The notes below the pieces were generated by a model. The model saw only the letters and a program-made list of their open reading frames with translations, searched no databases and was not told the DNA's origin. Below, one piece after another: positions 48,353-59,017 of a stretch of 64,000 nucleotides of DNA (the stretch's first letter is position 1; every line of letters starts with the position of its first letter). Origin of the DNA: an uncultured bacterium (GTDB lineage: Bacteria > Bacillota_I > Bacilli_A > RF39 > UBA660); the NCBI GenBank assembly GCA_946643435.1, contig CAMPCD010000003.1, forward strand, positions 14,866 to 78,865, read 5' to 3'. The position numbers were made by a program, and so were the translations under genes.

Positions 48353-49255
48353 ATGAAGAGATTAATTAAATTAACAATTTTATTATTAACGTGTTTTGTA
48401 AGTAGTAGTGTATTTGCTGCATCTGTAAATGTATCTGCTACAAGCTCAAACGTTTATGTTGGTGATACTGCATCATTTAAAGTTACTGTAGTAGCTGGTA
48501 CATGGAATTTGAATGTATCTGGTGCTGCAAGTGATAAAATCGTAGGATTTGATATGGATGGTAATGTAACAACAAATAAAACATATGCTGTTGATACATC
48601 TAAACCTGGTACATATTCTATATCTGTTACAGGTGATATAACTGACTATGATACTGATAAGAACTCAGCTATCTCTAAAAGTGCAACTATAACAGTAAGT
48701 GCAAGACCTAATAATCCTACACCTACAACTCAACCAACAACAAAGCCAACTACAACAAGAACAACAACAAAAAGGGTTACAACTCAAACTCCAGCTCAAG
48801 TTCAACAAACTCCAGTAGTAGTTGAAGAACCTACTACAGTAGTTGTAGAAGAACCAACTGAAGTCGTTACAACTGAAACAGTTATTAATGTAACTAAAAT
48901 TAAAGTAGTTGGATATGATTTCCAATTTGATCCAAATAAATACGTATATGATTTACGTGTTGGTACAGATGTTGATGAATTATATGTTATGGTTGATGGA
49001 GAAGACATAGAAGTTGAAGGACAAGGTATAGTAGATATTAGAGATAAGAATAGTTTTACTATTACTGCTAAAAGAGGAGATGCCTCAGTAGAATATAAGT
49101 TTAATTTGTTAAGAGGTTCTGTATTAGGTGTTAGTGAAGTATCCAATAATGCAGTTCTAGGATTCAAGAAAGCTTTAATAACACTTTCTTTAGTAACATT
49201 ATTAATTACTTGTATATCTCTATATTATTTTGTAATAAATAAGAAAAGTATTTAA
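48353..49255 (+). CDS. Surface protein: signal peptide, Ig-like domain, Thr/Pro-rich linker, cadherin-like beta-sandwich domain, C-terminal TM anchor
   Basis: Signal peptide ..SSSVFA/ASV. PTPTTQPTTKPTTTRTTTK linker. Tandem VVVEEPT repeat. IKVVGYDFQFDPNKYVYDLRV cadherin-like pattern. TM helix plus KKSI tail. Confidence 0.65.
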   Translation: MKRLIKLTILLLTCFVSSSVFAASVNVSATSSNVYVGDTASFKVTVVAGTWNLNVSGAASDKIVGFDMDGNVTTNKTYAVDTSKPGTYSISVTGDITDYDTDKNSAISKSATITVSARPNNPTPTTQPTTKPTTTRTTTKRVTTQTPAQVQQTPVVVEEPTTVVVEEPTEVVTTETVINVTKIKVVGYDFQFDPNKYVYDLRVGTDVDELYVMVDGEDIEVEGQGIVDIRDKNSFTITAKRGDASVEYKFNLLRGSVLGVSEVSNNAVLGFKKALITLSLVTLLITCISLYYFVINKKSI

Positions 49256-49299
49256 TTACTTTTCTTTTTAATTTATAATTAATAAAGAGGTGTTTTAAT

Positions 49300-50253
49300 A
49301 TGGTTAAAAATTTAAAAGATCTTAAAGTTGTATATATGGGTACTCCTAATTTTTCAGTACCAACTTTAGAGATGTTAATAGAAGAAACAAATGTTATAGG
49401 TGTAGTTACTCAAGAAGATAAAGAAGTTGGAAGAAAGAGAGTCTTAACTCCTTCTCCTGTTAAAGAGTGTGCACTTAAGCATAATATAAAAGTCTTAACT
49501 CCACATAAAATAAGAGAAGAATATCAAGATATAATAGATTTAGATCCAGATATTATTATTACATGTGCATATGGGCAAATTGTACCAAAGGAATTATTAG
49601 ATTTCCCTTACTATGGATGTATTAATATTCATGGCTCTATATTACCTGAATATAGAGGAGCTTCTCCAATTCAATCAGCAATTATGAATGGTGATACTGA
49701 AACAGGTATAACTATTATGTATATGGATGAACAAATGGATACAGGTAATATTATCAATATGGATAAGATAGATATAGATATAACTGATACATATGGTACT
49801 TTATCTGATAAATTATCTATTGTTGGTAAGAATTTATTATTAAAGACTTTACCTAAGATAATAGCTGATGATAATTGGAATATTAAACAAGATGATGGAG
49901 CAGCTACATATACTAAAAAGATTACTAGAGAACAAGAAAGATTAGACTTTAGTAAGACTAAAAAAGAAGTATATGATTATATAAGAGCATTAAATCCTAG
50001 TCCATTAGCAAATATTTTATTAAATGGTGAAGAAATAAAAATAGTTGAAGCAAGATTAGGTGCTGATAAGACTGGTGAAATAGGAGTTATAACTGCTGTT
50101 AATAAAGATTCATTTTCGATACAATGTTCTGATGGTTTAATTGATGTTACGATGATTAAAAGAGCAGGAAAGAACATCATGGATGTTAAATCATTCTTAA
50201 ATGGTTATAATAAAGATAATTTAATTAATAAGAAGGTTAATAATGAAGAATAA
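49300..50253 (+). CDS. fmt: Methionyl-tRNA formyltransferase
   Basis: VVYMGTPNFSVP, INIHGSILPEYRGASPIQ. Confidence 0.93.
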   Translation: MVKNLKDLKVVYMGTPNFSVPTLEMLIEETNVIGVVTQEDKEVGRKRVLTPSPVKECALKHNIKVLTPHKIREEYQDIIDLDPDIIITCAYGQIVPKELLDFPYYGCINIHGSILPEYRGASPIQSAIMNGDTETGITIMYMDEQMDTGNIINMDKIDIDITDTYGTLSDKLSIVGKNLLLKTLPKIIADDNWNIKQDDGAATYTKKITREQERLDFSKTKKEVYDYIRALNPSPLANILLNGEEIKIVEARLGADKTGEIGVITAVNKDSFSIQCSDGLIDVTMIKRAGKNIMDVKSFLNGYNKDNLINKKVNNEE

Positions 50254-50911
50254 AAAGGAAAATAATGATAATCAAGAAGAAAGATTATCATGGCTAGAGG
50301 TATTTAAAAGAAATTATAAATACGTTCCTGGATTTAAAGAAATATTTAAGTTAAGTGTATATATTATCTTAGTTGTTACTCTTGCTATTGTCATGACTAC
50401 TACAATAAATAGTAATCACAAAAAGAATAGAAATAATACAGTAACAACAACTACTAAAGCAGTAATAAGATATCAAGATATATTAGATAAGTTACTAGAT
50501 AACTCTAAATATACAGCAACAATAACCATAAATGATTCTTTCTATGTATTAAATGGTGTATTTGGTAATTCAATTCTAACAGGCACTTTAGAATATGCAA
50601 GTGGTACTTATTCATATATTATTAAGAATGATAATATATATGAATTACAAGGTGAAGAACAAGTATTAAAGAATGAATTATTAAATGATATTGATAAAGA
50701 TATTATTATGAATGATTCATTGATAAAAATACTAAAAGGTAATTCTGGAATTAAAATAGAAGAAGAAGGTAAAACCATATATAAATATAATAATATAGTT
50801 ATAAATGGTATTACTTATACAGGTGAAGTATCAGTTATTAATAATAATATATCTAATATTAATTTAATAAGTGATACACATAAATATAAATTTAATTATA
50901 ACAACCAATAA
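50243..50911 (+). CDS. Membrane-anchored hypothetical protein, 222 aa
   Basis: Overlaps the fmt stop by 11 nt. A single N-terminal TM helix, then an Asn/Ile-rich beta-type domain. Confidence 0.5.
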   Translation: MKNKKENNDNQEERLSWLEVFKRNYKYVPGFKEIFKLSVYIILVVTLAIVMTTTINSNHKKNRNNTVTTTTKAVIRYQDILDKLLDNSKYTATITINDSFYVLNGVFGNSILTGTLEYASGTYSYIIKNDNIYELQGEEQVLKNELLNDIDKDIIMNDSLIKILKGNSGIKIEEEGKTIYKYNNIVINGITYTGEVSVINNNISNINLISDTHKYKFNYNNQ

Positions 50912-51005
50912 CTTATTGATTAATATAAGTTATTATGTTATATTATGTATAGCATTTTGAAGTGGGCAAGAAGTTGCCTGCTTTGTTTATTATTAAGGAG
51001 GATAC

Positions 51006-51260
51006 ATGGACAGTATTATTAGTAAGTTAGAAGAGTTAATTAAAAAGGAAATGGATAAGATGGATATTATCTTAGATTCTATTGTATGGATAGAAGAAAA
51101 GAATAATAATACCTTAAGAGTAATATTAGATAAAGTTAATGGTATAGATTTAGATACCATAGTAGAAGCAACAAATATTATTAATCCTATATTAGATGAA
51201 ACTGATCTAATTGATGAACAATATACACTAGAAGTATCAAGCAAAGAAAGAGGGAATTAA
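51006..51260 (+). CDS. rimP: Ribosome maturation factor RimP, N-terminal domain only (84 aa)
   Basis: SD AAGGAGGA. ..YTLEVSS motif of the RimP N-domain. Position directly upstream of nusA. The ORF ends 3 nt before the nusA start. Confidence 0.7.
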   Translation: MDSIISKLEELIKKEMDKMDIILDSIVWIEEKNNNTLRVILDKVNGIDLDTIVEATNIINPILDETDLIDEQYTLEVSSKERGN

Positions 51261-51263
51261 AAA

Positions 51264-52379
51264 ATGAATGGTAAGGAATTTATTAAAGCATTAAATAATA
51301 TTATTGAAGAAAAACATATTGATGAAAACGTTGTTTGGGAAGCAATGGAACAAGGTTTAACAGCAGCATATAAGAAAAACTATGGTTCTAAAACTAATGT
51401 TAAAGTTGAAATAAATAAAGAAACAGGAGAATTTAAAGTATTTAGATATTATGTAGTTGTAGATGATTATATCTATGGCGAAGAAATAGAAGATGAAGAT
51501 GGAAATATTAAAGTACTAGATCCTGAAATAAACCAAGATGCTCAAATATTATTAGAAGATGCACAAGAAAAATGGCCTGACGCAAAAGTTGGTGATGAAT
51601 TTGTTGAAGAAGTTACACCAGCAGACTTTGGTAGAGTAGCAGCTTCTACTTGTAAACAAGTAGTTACTCAAAAGATTAGAGAAGCTGAAAAAGAATCTTT
51701 AATAGCTGATTTTGCAGATAAGCAAGATGAATTAATGTTAGGTACATTAGCTATGGAAGATGCTAAAAATTACTATGTAGATTTAGGTAGAGCTAGAGGA
51801 TTACTTCCTAAAGCTGAATGTATTCCTGGTGAAGAATTAAAGATGGGTTCTCAAGTTAAAGTATATGTATCTAAGGTAGATAATACTAATAAAGGACCAT
51901 TAATTTTATTATCAAGAAGACAATATGGTTTTGTTAAGAGATTATTCGAACATGAAATACCTGAATTCCAAGATGGTACTCTTGAATTACATGGTGTAGC
52001 AAGAGATGCTGGTAATAGATCTAAAGTATCTGTATCAAGTACAAATGATAGAGTAGATCCAATTGGAACTTGTATTGGTGAAAGAGGTTCTAGAATTGCT
52101 AATATCTTAAAAGAATTAGGAAATGAAAAAGTAGACTTAATCTTATATGATGAAGATATTTGTAAGTATATAGCTAATGCTTTATCTCCAGCACAAAATG
52201 TTATAGTTAACATTGTATCTGATGATAAAGAAAAAGTTGCTTTAGCAATAGTACCTGATGATGAATTATCTAAGGCTATTGGTAAGAAAGCTATTAATAT
52301 TAAATTAGCATCACGTTTAACTAAATATAGAATTGATATTAAAACAATGACTCAAATCCAAGAAGAAGGAAATCAATAA
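51264..52379 (+). CDS. nusA: Transcription termination/antitermination factor NusA
   Basis: N-terminal domain, S1 (KMGSQVKVYV) and two KH domains (GTCIGERGSRI, AIGKKAINIKLA). Confidence 0.95.
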   Translation: MNGKEFIKALNNIIEEKHIDENVVWEAMEQGLTAAYKKNYGSKTNVKVEINKETGEFKVFRYYVVVDDYIYGEEIEDEDGNIKVLDPEINQDAQILLEDAQEKWPDAKVGDEFVEEVTPADFGRVAASTCKQVVTQKIREAEKESLIADFADKQDELMLGTLAMEDAKNYYVDLGRARGLLPKAECIPGEELKMGSQVKVYVSKVDNTNKGPLILLSRRQYGFVKRLFEHEIPEFQDGTLELHGVARDAGNRSKVSVSSTNDRVDPIGTCIGERGSRIANILKELGNEKVDLILYDEDICKYIANALSPAQNVIVNIVSDDKEKVALAIVPDDELSKAIGKKAINIKLASRLTKYRIDIKTMTQIQEEGNQ

Positions 52380-52630
52380 TGAAGAAAATTCCTATGCGTA
52401 CATGTGTAGTTACTAAAGAAAAACTACCTAAAAAGGAATTATTAAGAATAGTTAAAACAGATGATGGAATAATAGTTGATGAAACAGGTAAAGTAAATGG
52501 ACATGGATGTTATATTAAGAAGGACTTATCTGTTGTTGAATTAGCTAAAAGTAAAAAGATATTAGATAGAGTTTTAGAAACTACTATTACTGATGAAGTA
52601 TATGAAGAAATAACTAATAAGATAAACTAA
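52379..52630 (+). CDS. ylxR: YlxR (RnpM)-family RNA-binding protein
   Basis: MRTCVVTKEKLPKKELLRIV..GHGCYI. TAATG overlap with nusA. Confidence 0.88.
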   Translation: MKKIPMRTCVVTKEKLPKKELLRIVKTDDGIIVDETGKVNGHGCYIKKDLSVVELAKSKKILDRVLETTITDEVYEEITNKIN

Positions 52631-52646
52631 TAAGGAGGGTGTTTAT

Positions 52647-54776
52647 ATGACAGTTCAAGAATATGCAGAAGATATGAACTTTACTGTGCAAGACGTATTA
52701 AATGAATGTGCTAAGTTAGGTATAAAAGTATCTAATAAAGATGATATATTATCAGATGATGATATCGTTATGTTAGACAACACAATGAATTTAATATCTG
52801 CCAATGAAGATTTAACACTTGAAGAAACAGATGTTATAGATGATGCAGTAGAAGATATTATGATGGGTGATGAACTTCAAACAATAGTATCTGATGATAG
52901 AAGAGTTACTGAAAAGGTAAAAAGAAGAAGAGATACTGAATCAACTGTAACAAAAGATAAAGATTATCAAAATAAAAAGAAACAAATGTATAAGAACAAA
53001 GAAAAATTAACTTCTAATACAACTGAAGTTGATGATAATGTTGTTTTATATAAAGAAAATATGTCATTACAAGACTTAGCTAATGCTTTAAAAGTTAATG
53101 GTGTAGAATTAGTTAAGAAAGTAATGGAATTAGGTATGATGATATCATTACCACAAGCTGTTGATAGAGATACAGCTGAACTATTAGTTGCTGAATATAA
53201 TAAAACATTAAAGAATGAAGCAACACAAGATATAACTAATTTTGAAGAATTTGAAATAGTAGATAAGGAAGAAGACTTAGTAGTAAGACCTCCTGTTATT
53301 ACTATCATGGGACATGTAGACCATGGTAAAACTACTTTATTAGATTATATTAGAGAGTCTCATGTAGCTGAAGGTGAAGCTGGTGGTATTACTCAATCAA
53401 TTGGTGCATACCAAATTGATTATAAAGGTAATAAGATTACTTTCATTGATACTCCAGGACATGAAGCATTCACTGAAATGAGAGCAAGAGGTGCATCTGT
53501 TACAGATATAGTAATTATTATTGTATCTGCTGAAGATGGTGTAATGCCTCAAACTAAAGAAGCAATTGATCATGCAAAAGCAGCAGGAGTACCTATTGTT
53601 GTTGCAGTTAATAAGATAGATAAACCTAATGCTGATCCAAACAGAGTAATGCAAGAAATGGCATTAGAAGGATTAACTCCAGAAGAATGGGGTGGAGATA
53701 TTCCATATCTTAAGATATCAGCTAAGACTGGTGAAGGTGTAGATAAATTAATTGATACATTATTAGCTATAGCTGAAGTATCTGAATTAAAAGCTAACCC
53801 TAATCGTTATGCAGTTGGTTCAGTAATTGAATCAAGAATTGATAAACAAATGGGTGGTGTAGCATCATTATTAATTCAAAATGGTACATTAAGAATTGGT
53901 GATCCTATAGTAGTTGGTACTTTCAATGGTAGAGTAAGAACTATGAAGAATTCATTAGGTAAAGATATAGTTGAAGCTGGTCCATCTACACCAGTTGAAA
54001 TAACTGGTTTAACTGGTAACCCAGGTGCTGGTGATAAATTCATGGCATTTGAATCAGAAAAAGAAGCAAGACAAATTGCTGAAAAAAGACAAGCTGACTT
54101 AAAGAATAAGAATAATGTAACTAAACCAGTTTCATTAGATGATTTATTTGCTGCTATTCAAGGTGGAACTAAAGAAATCAATGTTGTATTAAAATGTGAT
54201 GTTAGAGGTTCTGAAGAAGCAGTTAAGAATTCATTAGAGAAAATTGATGTTGAAGGTGTTAGATGTAAGGTAATAAGATCTGGAATTGGTACTATAACTG
54301 AATCAGATATTACTTTAGCTCAAGCATCAAATGCAGTAATAATTGGATTTAATGTTGTTCCAACAAATGCAATTAAAGATTATGCTAAAAATGTTAATGT
54401 AGAATTAAGATTATATACTATTATTTATAAAGTAGTTGAAGATATGGAAGCAGCTATGAAGGGTATGTTAGATCCTGTGTATGAAGAAAAGGTTACAGGT
54501 ACTGCTAGAATACTTGAATTATTCAAGTTCTCTAAAGTTGGTACTATTGCAGGTTCAAGAGTTACTGATGGTATTATTAAAGCTAATTCTAAAGTTAGAG
54601 TAATAAGAGATGGTGTAATTATCTATGATGGTAAGATTGGTTCTTTACAAAGAGAAAAAGATCAAGTTAAAGAAGTTAAATCAGGATTTGACTGTGGTAT
54701 AACTGTTGAAGGTTATAATGATCTTAAAGTAGATGATGAATTACAAGCTTATGAAGAAGTTGAGGTAGAAAGATAA
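52647..54776 (+). CDS. infB: Translation initiation factor IF-2
   Basis: SD AAGGAGGGTG. G domain [25 protein letters not shown]. Confidence 0.97.
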   Translation: MTVQEYAEDMNFTVQDVLNECAKLGIKVSNKDDILSDDDIVMLDNTMNLISANEDLTLEETDVIDDAVEDIMMGDELQTIVSDDRRVTEKVKRRRDTESTVTKDKDYQNKKKQMYKNKEKLTSNTTEVDDNVVLYKENMSLQDLANALKVNGVELVKKVMELGMMISLPQAVDRDTAELLVAEYNKTLKNEATQDITNFEEFEIVDKEEDLVVRPPVITIMGHVDHGKTTLLDYIRESHVAEGEAGGITQSIGAYQIDYKGNKITFIDTPGHEAFTEMRARGASVTDIVIIIVSAEDGVMPQTKEAIDHAKAAGVPIVVAVNKIDKPNADPNRVMQEMALEGLTPEEWGGDIPYLKISAKTGEGVDKLIDTLLAIAEVSELKANPNRYAVGSVIESRIDKQMGGVASLLIQNGTLRIGDPIVVGTFNGRVRTMKNSLGKDIVEAGPSTPVEITGLTGNPGAGDKFMAFESEKEARQIAEKRQADLKNKNNVTKPVSLDDLFAAIQGGTKEINVVLKCDVRGSEEAVKNSLEKIDVEGVRCKVIRSGIGTITESDITLAQASNAVIIGFNVVPTNAIKDYAKNVNVELRLYTIIYKVVEDMEAAMKGMLDPVYEEKVTGTARILELFKFSKVGTIAGSRVTDGIIKANSKVRVIRDGVIIYDGKIGSLQREKDQVKEVKSGFDCGITVEGYNDLKVDDELQAYEEVEVER

Positions 54777-55126
54777 TGAATAACATTAGAGTTGGAAGAA
54801 TATCTTCTGAAATGTTAAGAGAATTATCATCTATCATGTTACTAGAAGCAAGAGATGTTACTTTAAAACATGTAACATTAACAGGATTAGAAGTTACTAA
54901 TGATTTATCTTATGCTAAAGTATATTATACTTATATGGGTGATGAAGATAAGGAAGCTGTACAAAAGAATTTAGAAGAAGCTCAACCATATTTAAGAACT
55001 AAGTTAGCAGCTAAGATGAAAGACTTAAGAAAGATGCCTGAATTAAGATTCTATGTAGATGAATCTATTGAGTATGGTAACAATATAGAAAGAATAATTA
55101 AAGACATTAAAAAGAATGATGAATAA
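54776..55126 (+). CDS. rbfA: Ribosome-binding factor A
   Basis: TAATG overlap with infB. RVGRISSEMLRELSSI.., VTLTGLEVTNDLSYAKVYY. Confidence 0.92.
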   Translation: MNNIRVGRISSEMLRELSSIMLLEARDVTLKHVTLTGLEVTNDLSYAKVYYTYMGDEDKEAVQKNLEEAQPYLRTKLAAKMKDLRKMPELRFYVDESIEYGNNIERIIKDIKKNDE

Positions 55127-55167
55127 TCATTCTTTTTTTGTTATAATCTTTCTATAAGGAGTTTAAT

Positions 55168-55923
55168 ATGATAGAGATAAAGAACATAGTAAAAGAGTTT
55201 GAAAAACTTGATGAAAATAAAAAGAAAATTAAGATTAAAGCTGATAATGATATATCATTTGAAGTTAAAGAAGGTGAAGTAGTTGGACTACTAGGACCTA
55301 ATGGTGCAGGTAAGACAACATTACTACGTATTATTGCAGGTATTATGAAACCTAATAAAGGTTCTATAACTATTGATGATAAGAATTATAAAAAGAATGA
55401 ATTAGAGATAAAAAAGATGATATCTTTCTTATCAGGTAATACTAAATTATATAAAGAATTATCTCCAATGGAATTAATGCAAATGTGTGCAGATTTCTAT
55501 AAAGTAGATAAAAAAGAAGCAAGCAATAGAATAGATGATATAGTTAAAAGATTTAGTATGCAAAAGTTTAAGAATCAAAGAATTGAAACTTTATCTACAG
55601 GTCAAACACAAAGAGTAGGTATAGCAAGATGCTTAGTTCATAATCCTAAGTATTATATATTTGATGAAGCAACATCTGGACTAGATATTATTTCATCTAA
55701 AGTTATATTAGATTTTATTAAAGAAGAAAAGAAGAATGGTAAGGGTATTATATATTCTACTCATTACATGGAAGAAGCAGAAAATATTTGTGATAGAGTA
55801 ATTCTATTAAACAAAGGTAGAGTAATTGCTACAGGTACTCCTAAACAAATATTAAAAGAAACAAATACTGATAACTTAAGAGATGCTTTCTTTGCTTTGA
55901 TTGGAGATGATAAAAATGAGTAA
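55168..55923 (+). CDS. ABC transporter ATP-binding protein (ABC-2/NatA-like)
   Basis: Walker A GPNGAGKTT, signature LSTGQTQRV, Walker B YIFDEATSGLD. Confidence 0.88.
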   Translation: MIEIKNIVKEFEKLDENKKKIKIKADNDISFEVKEGEVVGLLGPNGAGKTTLLRIIAGIMKPNKGSITIDDKNYKKNELEIKKMISFLSGNTKLYKELSPMELMQMCADFYKVDKKEASNRIDDIVKRFSMQKFKNQRIETLSTGQTQRVGIARCLVHNPKYYIFDEATSGLDIISSKVILDFIKEEKKNGKGIIYSTHYMEEAENICDRVILLNKGRVIATGTPKQILKETNTDNLRDAFFALIGDDKNE

Positions 55924-57055
55924 TGTATTAATATCATGGAAAAAAGAAATAAGAGCAATATTTAGAGATAAAAAGTTCTTATCAATTATATTATTTATGC
56001 CATTAATAATACCTGCATTTATTATTGGCATGGGTTCATTATATGATTCATTAAATGAAGTACAAGATTTAAAGATAGGTATTAACTATCAAATGGATGA
56101 AGATGAAAAACAGCTATTTGATCAAATGGGCGGTAAAATAGAAGTAATAACTAAAAGTGAAGATGAACTTAAAGAAGAATATAATAATAAAAATATAAAA
56201 GGTTATGTATTAAAAGATAATAATAATTATACTTTATATTTAGATACATCATCTACAGATGGTATGACTTTAAGTGAAATATTAAGAAGACATTATGAAA
56301 GTTATAATAATATATTAGGAGCTAAATATTTAGTTGAACATAATATTGAACCAAAAGAAGTATTTGGAATCATAAATGTTGATTTAGAAGAACAAGCTGA
56401 AGAAGGAAGAAACTTCTTTACTAATTATATTATTTCCTTCTCTTTAATCTATTTAGTTATGATAGTAGTAGTAACTGCAATGAATACTTCTACTGATTTA
56501 ATTGCTGGAGAAAAAGAAAGAGGTACATTTGAAACATTATTAACTTTCCCATTAACTTCTAATGAAATTATAGGTGGTAAGTTATTAGCAATTGTTACAT
56601 CATGTATTATTTCTTCTATTATAGGTGTATTTACATCAGTGCCTGCATTACTATTTATTAAAAATCATACAGAAACATTTAAAGATATGGTATTAAATGT
56701 TAATCCATTAACAGTTATATTAACTATTATTTCATTAATATTAATATCATGCTTAGTTGGTGTATTAGCTATCTTCCTATGTGGTAGAGCTAAGACATTT
56801 AAAGAAGCACAAAGTAAAGTATCATTCTTATCATTTGTATCATTAATACCTATGTTTACAAATCTAGCTAATGTATCAAGTGATATATTATATTTCATTC
56901 CAATTGCTAATGGAGGACAAATATTAAATGATTTATACTTATCAAGTATAAATTATACTAATTTCTTATCATTTGCTTTAACATCAGTAATATTTACATT
57001 TGTATTATTAGTATATGTAAGCAAACAATATAAAGATGAGAAAGCTTTATTCTAA
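55916..57055 (+). CDS. ABC-2 type permease (NatB-like)
   Basis: ATG at 55916 overlaps the ATPase stop (ATGAGTAA). N-terminal TM, large extracytoplasmic loop, five C-terminal TM helices. Confidence 0.75.
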   Translation: MSNVLISWKKEIRAIFRDKKFLSIILFMPLIIPAFIIGMGSLYDSLNEVQDLKIGINYQMDEDEKQLFDQMGGKIEVITKSEDELKEEYNNKNIKGYVLKDNNNYTLYLDTSSTDGMTLSEILRRHYESYNNILGAKYLVEHNIEPKEVFGIINVDLEEQAEEGRNFFTNYIISFSLIYLVMIVVVTAMNTSTDLIAGEKERGTFETLLTFPLTSNEIIGGKLLAIVTSCIISSIIGVFTSVPALLFIKNHTETFKDMVLNVNPLTVILTIISLILISCLVGVLAIFLCGRAKTFKEAQSKVSFLSFVSLIPMFTNLANVSSDILYFIPIANGGQILNDLYLSSINYTNFLSFALTSVIFTFVLLVYVSKQYKDEKALF

Positions 57056-57144
57056 GAAGAGATAATCTCTTCTTTTTTTGTAAAGTAAAATAGTGTTATA
57101 AGTAATTAATGTATAATTTTGTTATAATTAAAATAGGTGTTATT

Positions 57145-58947
57145 ATGGGTACTATAGATAAGATTTATGAATTAATTTTAAAAGATAATAGTATTAATAC
57201 ATTTAATAATAATGAAGAATTGTTTAAACATTTTTTTTATCATGACATGGATCTTATCTATGGTGATTCTAAAGTAATGGATATTTTTAAGTATATATTA
57301 TCTTTAAATCTTGACGATGAAAATGAGGATTATCCATATATCAATTCTAGAATATTTAATGCTTTTAATATATATGAACAAAAAGTTACTCAATCTGTAT
57401 ATTCAAAAGGAGAATTTAATGATGACTACGTTGAATTATTATATAAATTAATGGATGATTATTATTTTTTGTATGAATATAAAGATAATTCATCATTGTA
57501 TCCTTTATATAATGAAGATAAATTAATAAGAGATTGTACAGGAGCTATGATGATATTACTTAATTCATCTTTTTTTACTATTTCTAATGAAAATATTAAG
57601 AGAATGATGGGGACTATAAAGAATAATAAACATTTACAAAAAATAATTGATAGTGGGTCATCTGGAAAAGAATTGTTGGATAAAGAGTACATATTTGATT
57701 ATACTCATAGATTCTTATATAATTCTTACTTTTATAATGAAGATAGTCTTGAATCAGATGATTTGTTAACAGCATTTAAAGAAGGAAAGATTAAAGACAA
57801 GGAAACTATAAAGAAAATATTAAATAGCACTGATATTACATTTTTATTAGGAACATTTAGTAACAAATTATCATTAATAATAGATTTAATAGAAAAATCA
57901 TTTACTGATGAATTAGAAAGAAACAATAATATTAAGAAGATTATAAGAAAAATATTTGATGATCATGATTATGATATCTTATTCAAATTTATAATGAACG
58001 ATTCTAGATATATCAATTATATTGATGATGAAACAAAAATAGAAGTATTAGATTCATATCCTTTTAGTGAAGGTAATGTATTAACTTATGATGAAATATT
58101 ATTCTTAATAAAGAATAGACCCAATAAAGTATTATTTATAAACTTGAAAGAACAAATGAAACATAATGATATAGATGAGAAGACTAAAATACTTATAAAT
58201 AAATTAACTGAGAATATAGTAGATTATGATTTAACAACTAATCAAGCGTTAATGGTGTTTGATGCATTATTTAAGAATGATCCTGATGTAGATTTAGAGT
58301 TATTAATTGCTGCAGTTAAAAGATTTGTTAAAGATTATCTTAAAGATGAAAGTGTTTCAATATATACAGTATTTAAAGATGAATATTCATATGGTACGGC
58401 TTTTTCAGAGATAAACACTATAAATCTTAATGTAGTTTATTTAGCAAACATATTAAAGCAAAAGAACAAAGATGATAATCCAGAGTCATTATATATACTT
58501 GATACTGCTTTCCATGAAGCTAGACATATTATTCAATGCAAAGAAATGGAAAATGAAGATACTGATTCTTTCTTTTATACACAGTTTAAAGAAGATTTAT
58601 TAAGAGCATTATGTATGGGTTATTATAAAGAAAACTATTATGGTGTGTCTTTTGAAAAAGATGCTAGAGTACATGGTGCTCAGTCTCTTTATGATCTTTT
58701 ATCGAATAATTATCCATATATGAAAAAATCTATTGATTATTATAAAGACTTAGAGCAAAAAGAATTAAATAGTAATGATGAAGAACTTAAAACTATATTT
58801 GAATTATCTGACAAGGTATCAGTTGATGATGCATTAGACAAAATAATATCTATTAATCCAAGTATTATTGAAAAACATATTTTGTTAAAACGAGAGTATA
58901 ATGAGAAAGGATTAAGAATTCAACGTTCAGATGATAAAGTTAAATAA
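57145..58947 (+). CDS. Large cytoplasmic hypothetical protein (600 aa) with a single HExxH motif
   Basis: ATG at 57145 after ATAGGTG. AFHEARHIIQ (HExxH) near residue 465. No signal peptide or TM. Confidence 0.5.
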   Translation: MGTIDKIYELILKDNSINTFNNNEELFKHFFYHDMDLIYGDSKVMDIFKYILSLNLDDENEDYPYINSRIFNAFNIYEQKVTQSVYSKGEFNDDYVELLYKLMDDYYFLYEYKDNSSLYPLYNEDKLIRDCTGAMMILLNSSFFTISNENIKRMMGTIKNNKHLQKIIDSGSSGKELLDKEYIFDYTHRFLYNSYFYNEDSLESDDLLTAFKEGKIKDKETIKKILNSTDITFLLGTFSNKLSLIIDLIEKSFTDELERNNNIKKIIRKIFDDHDYDILFKFIMNDSRYINYIDDETKIEVLDSYPFSEGNVLTYDEILFLIKNRPNKVLFINLKEQMKHNDIDEKTKILINKLTENIVDYDLTTNQALMVFDALFKNDPDVDLELLIAAVKRFVKDYLKDESVSIYTVFKDEYSYGTAFSEINTINLNVVYLANILKQKNKDDNPESLYILDTAFHEARHIIQCKEMENEDTDSFFYTQFKEDLLRALCMGYYKENYYGVSFEKDARVHGAQSLYDLLSNNYPYMKKSIDYYKDLEQKELNSNDEELKTIFELSDKVSVDDALDKIISINPSIIEKHILLKREYNEKGLRIQRSDDKVK

Positions 58948-59017
58948 CTATTAATAATTAAAAGAAGAGTATATAACTCTTCTTTTAATATGCTATAATA
59001 CAAGTGAAGTGATTAGT

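Noticed and set aside
48665-49167. Two minus-strand ORFs (86 and 121 aa) opposite the Thr/Pro-rich linker of the 48353 gene
   Set aside because: They are a compositional artefact of the repetitive ACN/CCN linker read in reverse. The forward gene has a signal peptide, domains and a TM anchor.
48353-49255. Calling the protein next to the dockerin protease a cohesin/scaffoldin
   Set aside because: The N-terminal domain is only ~95 residues, against ~140 for cohesins, and I cannot recognise cohesin motifs by eye. It is kept only as a hypothesis in the findings.
45074-49299. Genomic island integrated at tRNA-Arg
   Set aside because: There is no integrase, no direct repeat of the tRNA 3' end at the far boundary, and no obvious composition shift. 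Only the non-core gene content is suggestive.
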